A stretch of 64,000 nucleotides of DNA, taken from the IMG/VR virus record IMGVR_UViG_3300017818_000007, positions 64,001 through 128,000 of that record. One strand, written 5' to 3'. Position 1 is the stretch's first letter. Each line of letters opens with the position of its first letter. The position numbers and the translations under genes are program-made. This document shows, one piece after another, positions 56,401 through 64,000 of the stretch. The notes beneath the pieces are model-generated. The model was not told the origin of the DNA. It worked only from the letters and a program-made list of their open reading frames with translations, and searched no databases. This DNA is from a virus.

Positions 56401-59400
56401 GGTAATCCAAGGACACGACGGATCAATAACAAAAGCATATAACGACGAAAGAGATGAATTAATTCTTGAATTAGAAAAAAGAATTTATAATAACCTTAAA
56501 GTAAAATACAATCGTGATGTTTTTGATATTCTTAAGGAACAACCTGGACATTATAGACCAGATGCTTATACCAGAGACGAATTTAATAAAGTTTTAAGGA
56601 CTGATTTTGGTTATTGGAAGAGTTTATTTGATGTAGATTTTGAAACTAACAATGTTTCTCAGAGCGGTGACGCATTTACATATAACTTCAACACAATGAT
56701 CAATTTACAAGATCAAAAACTTCCAGGAAACTGGAGAGCAATTTATAAAGATTATTTTGATACAGATCGCCCTCACACACATCCATGGGAAATGTTAGGT
56801 ATTACTCTTAAACCTACATGGTGGGACGAACAGTATGGTGAAGCACCATATACTAGTGGTAATAACTTGTTATGGAACGACATTGAACGCGGTTTAGTTA
56901 GAGATCCTAACGGAACAAAAATTTATCCTGCATATGCAAGACCTAATTTGTCTAAAAATTTACCTGTTGACGAATACGGTGAGTTGATTGATCCTAGCAA
57001 AATCAATATTGTAAAAGCAATTTTTATTACAGAAATTAAAAATGCTTGGAAATTTGGTGACGAAGGCCCAGCAGAAACTGCTTGGAGAAAGTCAAGTTGG
57101 TTTCCGTTTGCATTACAAGTAGCAGTAGGCTTAACAAAACCAGCACAATACTTTGGTAGTTTATTCGATGTTAACCAAAACGAAATTACACCAAGTGGAA
57201 ACGTTGTTTATGCAGATAATGGAAAAATCTTTAGTCTTAAAGAAGCAAAAATTAAAGACTTAAGATTTAACAATGAACGTTTCTTAGGTTTAGGTTATCA
57301 TGTTCCTATTGTAGAATACATTAAAAGTTTTGATAAAGATGTAAAAGAAACATTTTACGATTATCTTACAAATACATCAAGCAACTTAACATACAAGTTA
57401 GGTGGATTTGCAAACAAAAATAGATTGCGTGTATTAGCAGAAAGTTCAAATCCTAATACAGCAGATAATAGTATTTTCTTACCAAGTGAAAACTACCAAC
57501 TTACATTAAGAAAAAGTAATCCTATAAGAAATGTAAGAGTTTCAGGTATTATTGTTGAAAAAACAGCAAAAGGATTTTTAGTTAGAGGTTATGATAATAT
57601 TAAACCTTGGTTTAGCATTTATAAGCCTAAGCATGGAAAGAATGATATTGCTGTAAATGTAGGTGGCAAACAAGCAAAATTTGTTATTTGGGATTCAGAG
57701 AAGTTTTATGGAAAAGGACAGATTGTAGAATTTGGTGGAGAATATTATAGAGTTTCAATTAACCATACATCAACTGAAACTTTTGATAATAGCAAGTTTA
57801 CAAAACTTGGAGAGTTGCCGGTCACTGGCGGAACAGAAGTTGCAAAAGCAAAAGCATTTGAATCTAAAATAACTGAAGTGTCTTATGGAACAGTATATCC
57901 TAGAGCACAAGAGGTATATGACGTTATTTTAGGATATCAAGAATACCTAAAAGAACAAGGTTTTGTATTTGATATATTCCAACGTGAAACAGCAACAATT
58001 CAAGACTGGGATTTATCTGGTAGAGAGTTTTTGTATTGGACAACACAGAATTGGGCAGAAGGCAGTGTTATTTCACTAAGTCCTTTTGCAGATAGTTTAA
58101 GTTTTGAATACAAGTATGCTACTGTTGACAATGTTTTAAACAGTTTTTATGAATACAGTATCTTAAGTGCTAACGGAACTCCACTACCAAAAGACAATAT
58201 TAGTATTGTTAGAGGTTCAGGCAAGTTTAATATAACAACAAAGAATACACAACGAGGTATTTTCTTTGCTGTGTTAAATCTTGTACAATGGGAACACATT
58301 GTAGTCTTTGATGATAAGAGTCAATTTGGCGATGTGATATATGATCAAGAAGCAGGATACAGACAAAAACGTATTAAATTAGTTGGATTCAAAACAAGTG
58401 AATGGGATGGTGATTATGTAAGTCCGGGTTTTGTGTTTGACGAAGCGGTAGTAGCAGATTACATTGATGGTAAAGATTATAATCTTGGTGATGTTGTAAG
58501 ACACAAGAGTAAGTTTTACAGTGCTAAGAAGTTTTTACCAGCCACAAAAGCATTTAATTTTAGTGAATGGGTGTTTATAGGAGATAAACCTGTTGCTGAG
58601 TTATTGCCTAACTTGGACTATAAAGCAAGTTCATACGAAGATTTTTATAGTTTAGAAAGTGAAAACTTTGACAGTGAAACTACTAAACTGAGCCAACACT
58701 TAACAGGTTATCAAAAGAGATTATATCTTGATAATATGGTTAGAGATGATATTGCTCAGTATAAGTTTTATTCAGGATTTATTAAAGAAAAAGGTACAAG
58801 AAACTCTTTAGAAAAATTAAATCGTTTAACTATTGACGGAACGTCAACTGATCTAAGCATTACAGATAACTGGGCAATTAAGATTGGATCTTTAGGTAGT
58901 GGATCTACAACAAAAGAACTTGAAGTAGTTTTAAGTGAAAAAGATAATGTTGAGAATCCACAAGCATACGAATTTGTGACTGCAAAAACTTCAAATTCAG
59001 ATACAAATACTATAGAATTATTGTCAAGCGATTTAACATTAAAACCAGATAACTTTAGTGTTGATGTTTGGAAAAACTTTGATACAACACAAGACGGTGT
59101 AAGTCTTAATTCAATACAAAAAATACCAACAGCGGGTTTTGCTAGGTTAGATGATGTTGATCACACAGTGTTTAACAGTGAAGACTTGTTAACAGATACT
59201 ACACTTCCTACTTTAAATGAGGGAGCATCTGTATGGGTAGCACGTGATAAAAGTGATACATGGAACATTTATCGTTTAACTGCTAATCGTGCAAGACTAG
59301 TACAAACAGAAGATAACCAAGTGTCGGTTGATAATGGTACCATAACTTTACATACAAATATACCTCATGGATTAAAAGAAGGCGATACTATTGTTATCAA

Positions 59401-62400
59401 ACAATTTGATAATCAAATTAACGGAACACATTTAGTTAATAGTGTTTTAGGATTAACTTCTTTTACTATTACAACAGAATTATTAACTATTACACTTGCA
59501 GAAGATAGTGCTTCAGGTACAATACTAGAACTATTACCTGTTCGTGTAAGTAGTCCTGACAAGATTAATGATATTAAAGACGTAGCAGAATTTGCTGAAG
59601 GAACAAAGATATGGGCCGACGATGTTAGTGACGGTACTTGGAGAGTTTTTGAGAAAACAAAAGCATATGCTGAAAATCAAGTTCAACTTATTGCTAGTGA
59701 TGCAAAAACTTATGCTTCAACTGTAAAATACGGTGACCAAGGAAGAACTATTGTTGTTGGTAATCCAGGACAAACTGTTGAAGGTGCTGTTTTAATTCTT
59801 AGACGTAAATTTAATACGGACATTAGCACACTAGAAGGAAGTTCTGGTTTTAATATTAGTGAAAGCCTTGTAGACCAATTAGTTTCACCATCAGTACCGG
59901 CCGGTCTAGGTTCAAGTCTTAGTTTATCGCAAACAACTAATACATTAGTTGCTGGTGCTCCGTATGCTTCTTTTGTAAAAACAATTACAGATCCTGAAAA
60001 GCCAAGATTTAATACTGTTGGCTTAACAGGTACGGCTAGCAGTTATACAAAGCAAGGCGTTGTTAAACTGTCAACATATAATTCTTTAACAAACATTTAT
60101 GATCCAACACATATTATTGCAAGTCCAAGACCTGCAAACAACGAAGAATTTGGTTCAAGTGTTGCTGTAAGTGATACAAGAATGGTAGTTGGTGCTCCTG
60201 GCAGAGCAAATAACGCTGGCGGAGTATATGTTTATACAAAAGGAACAAACGGTTGGGATCTAAATGCAGAATGGGAATTAACTGCTCCATCTGATCATCC
60301 TAATGATAGATTTGGTGAAAAACTTACAGCCTCAATCGACATGAGTATACTTGCAGTTTCTGCAAGGAACAAAGAACTTGAGTCTGATAGTACAACAGTG
60401 GATACCGGTGCTGTTTACATTTACTATTGGGACGGTACAGGTTATAATTTAATTCAAACTATTGATGCAACAACAGTTGACACTCTTAGCAAATCAGATT
60501 TATTTGGATCTTCGTTGTCGTTAAGTAGAAATGGCGATGTGCTTGTTATTGGTGCACCATTAAATGATGATGACAGTATTAACCAAGGTGCTGTTTATGT
60601 ATTTGAAAGACAGACACAAGGTGACTCAACGGTTGGTTATACATATAAACAAAAACTTACAAGTCCAACTAACCTAAGTGGCGAGCAGTTTGGTAGCAAT
60701 GTTTCAGTTAACCCAGACGGTTTAAGTTTTGCAGTTGCAGGTAAAGGCGGATCGAATAGTGCTATTACTTTGTTTGATAATAACGAAACTTCTTTTGATG
60801 CTAAATCAACATCGTTTGTAGATACAGAAACAGGTACTGGTAGTGTTTATACATTTACAAAGTTAGGCACAACATATGTATTTGGACAAAAACTTTCAAG
60901 CAACGATTTACAATCAAATGATGCATTTGGTACAGGTCTCGATTTTAGTACAACAAGTTTATATGTAGGTGCACCATACTTTACATACAATGGCAACGAC
61001 ACTGGTATGCTATTTGTGTATCAGAAAGAAGCGTCAGCAGGCTGGAATACTCTAAGACAACAAGACAGTTTAACTGATCCGTTTAGTGTTGAGAAGGTAA
61101 TGACGTATCGTACAGATTCACAAACTGTTGTTGATTTCTTAGAGACTATTGATCCTATAAAAGGAAAAATACCTTACATTGCAGAAACAGAAATATCTTA
61201 TAAGAGTGCAAAAGATCCTGCAATTTACACAACAAGTGATCGTGGCCTTAATGTTGATCCAGATACAAACTGGGGTGCAACACACGTAGGACAAATTTGG
61301 TGGGATCTAAGTACTGTAAGATATGTTTGGTACGAGCAAGGCGATGTTGAATTTAGAAAAAATAACTGGGGTGGATTGTTCCCAGGGTCAACTATTGATA
61401 TTTACGAATGGGTAGAAAGCGATCTAAGTCCAGAAGAATGGAATAATATTTCAGATACAACAGAAGGTATTGCGGCAGGATTTAGTGGACAATCAAAATA
61501 CGATAACAATACTTTTGTATTAAAGCGTGTCTATGACACAGCAACAAATAACTTTGTTAATAGATATTATTATTGGGTTAAAAATAATGTACTTTTACCA
61601 CAACGTGTTAGTACACAAATTGCTGTTGGTCTAAGTGAAAAGATTGCAGTTGATACACGTCGTTTGCCTGCAAACGAAATCGCAAACGTAATTGCAGATC
61701 CTAAAGGATATGGTATCAAATCGTTGCAACTTTTAGACACTAACAGTTTTAGTCTTACCAATATTAAAACAAGTTTAAGTGATACTGACGTAAGTTTAAA
61801 TGTACAATATAAGAAAGTAAAAACTAATATTCCAAATCATAATAGTTGGTTATTATTAGATGAACAACAAAGAGACAAAATTGACAATCCATTGTTAATT
61901 AAAAAACTTTATGACAGTTTAGTAGGTTTTGATGATGCAGGTAATACAGTACCAGACTCACAACTTCCTGTACAGAAAAAATATGGTTTACAAATTAGAC
62001 CAAGACAAAGTATGTTTGTTAATAGACTGGGTGCATTAGAAACACTGTTTACATACACAAATAACTTACTTGCAAAAAGTAGAATCGTTGATGAAAAAGA
62101 TCTAAGTGGTTTATTTGAATCAGACCCTCAGCCAACACTAATTAGTGGGCGTTATGATGTTAAGGTTGATGAGTTTAATGATTTAGATAATATTAAAACA
62201 CAGGATTTAGAACAAGCAACTGCTACTGCAACTATTGTTAACGGTAGAGTTAAATCTGTAGAAATTACAAATCCTGGGTTTGGTTATGTTAATCCGCCAA
62301 ACATTGAAATTACAACAGAAGGTTGGGGAGCAAAATTCCAATCAACTATTGATGCTCAAGGAAGAGTCACATCAATTGAAGTGTTAAAAGAAGGACGAGA

Positions 62401-64000
62401 TTATACAAACGGTGCTATTAGAATTAGACCATTCAAAGTTCTTGTTGATGCTGATAGTACAGCAAACAACTATTGGACAATGTATGAATGGAATATTGCA
62501 TCTGAAGAATGGATTAGAACAAACACACAAACATATGATGTTAATAGATTTTGGAAATATAAAGATTATGTTGTTGAAGGATTTGATGTTGACAGCATTA
62601 TAGACTTTAAAGTTGCAGAGCCTTATCTATTAAAAACAATTACTCCTGCAACAGGACAACTAGTTGAGGTAGCAAATGTTGGCGATGGAAACAAAATTGT
62701 TCTTAGAAAAGTTGAAGCAAATGGTACTTGGAATAATAATTATGATATTTTGTTCAAAGCAAATAGCACAATTGAATTTGATTCGTCTATCTATGATTAC
62801 ACAGGACTAAACTTTGGCTTTGCTGGCGCAGAAAACTTTGATATTAACTTATATGATGAACAGCCAACACAAGAAACACGAGTTATTTTAGAACAACTGT
62901 ATTCAAACATTTTTGTTGATGACTTAAAATATGCTTGGAATGAATTTTTGTTTACAGCAATACGTTATGCAATCAGTGAGCAAACATTTACTGACTGGGC
63001 ATTTAAAACAAGTTTAATCAGTGTTAAGAATAATTTAGGCGGCTTTACTAAAAAGATTAATTATAATCTTGACGATCCTGGAAATATACAATCTTACGTT
63101 GAAGAAATTAAACCATATAGTGTCACAATTAAAGACATGATTACAAGTTATAATAATCGTGAGCCTAGCAGTATTTTTACTACTGACTTTGATTTGCCAA
63201 GCCGTTATAACGAAACCAAAGAAGAGTTTGAAGTATTAAACGAAACAAGCGAAGATATAACAACTGAGCCATTTAATCAATGGTTTGAAAATTATAAATT
63301 TAATGTTGACAGCATTGAAATTGCTGAAGCAGGAGACGGGTATACACAAAGACCGATTGTTGTAATTAGCGGCGGAAGAGAAGATAAACCTGCTATTGTA
63401 CAAACAACACCGTTTAGGGTTCTTACTACTACAGACTATGACAACTTGTATGTGTACGTTAATACTACAAGTGTTCCGGATCACTTCTTTAATACAACAA
63501 ATGTAGTTTCACAAAATCTTGTTTATCAGATTCCAAGATTCCCAAGTGTTCCTGAAGTTAAAGTTCCAACACCACTAGGTGCTATTGGTGTAGCAGTTAA
63601 CGGAGTAAGTATTTTTAATCCTAGTTCTGCAGTCACAGAATTACTTAATGGTACAACATATACTGTAAATGCAGTATTCAGTCATGAAGAATTAGGTATT
63701 GATGACGGTTCAGGTCATCCGCAAGAAGATGGAATTTACCATTACCATAGCGATCCTACCTTTATGTACACTAAGGATCCAGAGAATCACAGTCCAATAT
63801 TAGGATACGCCTTTGACGGTTTCCCAATTTATGGACCGTACGGTTTTATTGCTACAAATGATAAAACAGTTAAATTAATTAAATCAAGTTATAAACTTAG
63901 AACAACACCTCGTGCAGATGGTAGTATGCCAACTGGAAGATACAACGAGGATTATGAGTTTGTACAAGGACACGGAGACCTAGACGAAAACAACGGTAGG
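53414..64000 (+). CDS. Giant baseplate wedge/structural protein (gp7-like), at least 3529 aa, runs off the window end
   Basis: ATG at 53414 (MAFSDRQG...LLPMYFRTETNRKFLGATVDAL). The ORF track reports no terminated ORF in this frame, and spot translations at 53940, 57660, 60120 and 63960 are all in frame. Contains a cupredoxin-like domain, CBM-like repeats, FG-GAP repeats and a YHYH domain. Confidence 0.8.
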   Translation, partial: MAFSDRQGTPVNIENKDKLRNSADLLPMYFRTETNRKFLGATVDALISKGNLDRLNGFVGARNTENAKPTDVYIQEPTANRRQYNFLPSAVTKNPIDNSNKWTGTYDDLINQIDFFGGITDNHNRLFEADYFAWNPLFDFDKFANYRQYYWLPQGPDPVSISGDPGNTQSEYSVSNSGENSFVFTPNGFSENPTVILYRGGTYKFKVNAQGHPFFIKTANTVGIGDQYNNGVENNGAEQGTITFTVPVDAPDLLYYACQYHQSMQGVLEIRNTSDDLSIDVEEDIISKATFKSANGVQLTNGMKVNFVGDVLPTKYRNKNWYVEGVGESIVLIDETELDTPELYAKNEEYEFDVDPFDDTPYDDTENSPLTAEYITINRSSKDKNPWSRYNRWVHKDVIELSAEYNNTSPVLDENYRAVRPIIEFKPNLKLVNFGTNGIGNIDLIDTDTKDAMSDVEGSFGYHVDEVLLRKGMRVIFNADPDITVKGKVYEVDFVEHNGVKRVHLEEVYEPLVNDSVVATSGETHQGSSWHFDGTSWINGQQKTILNQSPLFDLYDSAGNSFADTDYYFSSTFNGNKLASYKIGTGSDDPVLGFPIAYQNINNVGDITFEFNWDDGLFTYQEGTTQKTVDTASGLVKDYAKDKFISGWELVKGKQTVQRILQVVDTVIDTDTVAVNAINQPHKYDLDIVVEYNGKTYKETTDFEKVIDRERQIYELKFNSIIPQGTRITLKIKTNQKPNENGFYEPPINLTNNSENNDLKTFTLGSVSDHFKTIFQNNSFITGNSVGPNNSRDISEIHLDGSRYVKHKGSVLPAIMFLVQENLNFVNSMRKNANDYNFFKDQFIEKAGEIERTTSVANDVDKILYELGSNKITTSPYFYSDMAGFGRKVERLEFEVKNGTQNVFAINNAFDTTKVSDRAVYVYLNDVQLYLDADYEFDAVDNTVTIKKELSVGDKVKVNDYDTTGNVIPHSPTKLGLYPAYVPEIFVDSSYINPTKVIQGHDGSITKAYNDERDELILELEKRIYNNLKVKYNRDVFDILKEQPGHYRPDAYTRDEFNKVLRTDFGYWKSLFDVDFETNNVSQSGDAFTYNFNTMINLQDQKLPGNWRAIYKDYFDTDRPHTHPWEMLGITLKPTWWDEQYGEAPYTSGNNLLWNDIERGLVRDPNGTKIYPAYARPNLSKNLPVDEYGELIDPSKINIVKAIFITEIKNAWKFGDEGPAETAWRKSSWFPFALQVAVGLTKPAQYFGSLFDVNQNEITPSGNVVYADNGKIFSLKEAKIKDLRFNNERFLGLGYHVPIVEYIKSFDKDVKETFYDYLTNTSSNLTYKLGGFANKNRLRVLAESSNPNTADNSIFLPSENYQLTLRKSNPIRNVRVSGIIVEKTAKGFLVRGYDNIKPWFSIYKPKHGKNDIAVNVGGKQAKFVIWDSEKFYGKGQIVEFGGEYYRVSINHTSTETFDNSKFTKLGELPVTGGTEVAKAKAFESKITEVSYGTVYPRAQEVYDVILGYQEYLKEQGFVFDIFQRETATIQDWDLSGREFLYWTTQNWAEGSVISLSPFADSLSFEYKYATVDNVLNSFYEYSILSANGTPLPKDNISIVRGSGKFNITTKNTQRGIFFAVLNLVQWEHIVVFDDKSQFGDVIYDQEAGYRQKRIKLVGFKTSEWDGDYVSPGFVFDEAVVADYIDGKDYNLGDVVRHKSKFYSAKKFLPATKAFNFSEWVFIGDKPVAELLPNLDYKASSYEDFYSLESENFDSETTKLSQHLTGYQKRLYLDNMVRDDIAQYKFYSGFIKEKGTRNSLEKLNRLTIDGTSTDLSITDNWAIKIGSLGSGSTTKELEVVLSEKDNVENPQAYEFVTAKTSNSDTNTIELLSSDLTLKPDNFSVDVWKNFDTTQDGVSLNSIQKIPTAGFARLDDVDHTVFNSEDLLTDTTLPTLNEGASVWVARDKSDTWNIYRLTANRARLVQTEDNQVSVDNGTITLHTNIPHGLKEGDTIVIKQFDNQINGTHLVNSVLGLTSFTITTELLTITLAEDSASGTILELLPVRVSSPDKINDIKDVAEFAEGTKIWADDVSDGTWRVFEKTKAYAENQVQLIASDAKTYASTVKYGDQGRTIVVGNPGQTVEGAVLILRRKFNTDISTLEGSSGFNISESLVDQLVSPSVPAGLGSSLSLSQTTNTLVAGAPYASFVKTITDPEKPRFNTVGLTGTASSYTKQGVVKLSTYNSLTNIYDPTHIIASPRPANNEEFGSSVAVSDTRMVVGAPGRANNAGGVYVYTKGTNGWDLNAEWELTAPSDHPNDRFGEKLTASIDMSILAVSARNKELESDSTTVDTGAVYIYYWDGTGYNLIQTIDATTVDTLSKSDLFGSSLSLSRNGDVLVIGAPLNDDDSINQGAVYVFERQTQGDSTVGYTYKQKLTSPTNLSGEQFGSNVSVNPDGLSFAVAGKGGSNSAITLFDNNETSFDAKSTSFVDTETGTGSVYTFTKLGTTYVFGQKLSSNDLQSNDAFGTGLDFSTTSLYVGAPYFTYNGNDTGMLFVYQKEASAGWNTLRQQDSLTDPFSVEKVMTYRTDSQTVVDFLETIDPIKGKIPYIAETEISYKSAKDPAIYTTSDRGLNVDPDTNWGATHVGQIWWDLSTVRYVWYEQGDVEFRKNNWGGLFPGSTIDIYEWVESDLSPEEWNNISDTTEGIAAGFSGQSKYDNNTFVLKRVYDTATNNFVNRYYYWVKNNVLLPQRVSTQIAVGLSEKIAVDTRRLPANEIANVIADPKGYGIKSLQLLDTNSFSLTNIKTSLSDTDVSLNVQYKKVKTNIPNHNSWLLLDEQQRDKIDNPLLIKKLYDSLVGFDDAGNTVPDSQLPVQKKYGLQIRPRQSMFVNRLGALETLFTYTNNLLAKSRIVDEKDLSGLFESDPQPTLISGRYDVKVDEFNDLDNIKTQDLEQATATATIVNGRVKSVEITNPGFGYVNPPNIEITTEGWGAKFQSTIDAQGRVTSIEVLKEGRDYTNGAIRIRPFKVLVDADSTANNYWTMYEWNIASEEWIRTNTQTYDVNRFWKYKDYVVEGFDVDSIIDFKVAEPYLLKTITPATGQLVEVANVGDGNKIVLRKVEANGTWNNNYDILFKANSTIEFDSSIYDYTGLNFGFAGAENFDINLYDEQPTQETRVILEQLYSNIFVDDLKYAWNEFLFTAIRYAISEQTFTDWAFKTSLISVKNNLGGFTKKINYNLDDPGNIQSYVEEIKPYSVTIKDMITSYNNREPSSIFTTDFDLPSRYNETKEEFEVLNETSEDITTEPFNQWFENYKFNVDSIEIAEAGDGYTQRPIVVISGGREDKPAIVQTTPFRVLTTTDYDNLYVYVNTTSVPDHFFNTTNVVSQNLVYQIPRFPSVPEVKVPTPLGAIGVAVNGVSIFNPSSAVTELLNGTTYTVNAVFSHEELGIDDGSGHPQEDGIYHYHSDPTFMYTKDPENHSPILGYAFDGFPIYGPYGFIATNDKTVKLIKSSYKLRTTPRADGSMPTGRYNEDYEFVQGHGDLDENNGR

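Noticed and set aside
53793-63484. Minus-strand short ORFs in the right-hand 10 kb
   Set aside because: Antisense to the continuous plus-strand giant ORF starting at 53414.

Overview
A 64-kb slice of a large, AT-rich, T4-like myophage genome; there are no host genes. From left to right it holds: (i) a minus-strand tail-fibre/accessory operon with a truncated carbamoyltransferase, a GT9-like glycosyltransferase, two paralogous fibre-chaperone-like proteins, three Cys/Gly-rich paralogues and three related fibre proteins of 2170, 2194 and 1228 aa; (ii) the head module (gp23 capsid, gp22 scaffold, gp21 protease, acidic core protein, gp20 portal) coupled to a tape-measure gene; (iii) a divergent gp26-like tail chaperone with a -1 frameshift extension resembling gp51; (iv) a ~500-nt densely structured non-coding element directly downstream of a stand-alone GIY-YIG nuclease; (v) gp46/gp47 and a gp55-like late sigma factor; and (vi) a plus-strand baseplate operon (gp48/54-like, gp53, hub, gp5, gp25, gp6) ending in a >3500-aa gp7-like giant that runs off the window. 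The best candidate for an undescribed system is the GIY-YIG nuclease plus structured element. Other strong signals are the frameshifted chaperone, a recurrent TAAATA-N5-ATG leaderless late-promoter architecture and a four-way-junction 5' leader. Family assignments come from motif recognition by eye; no database search was run.
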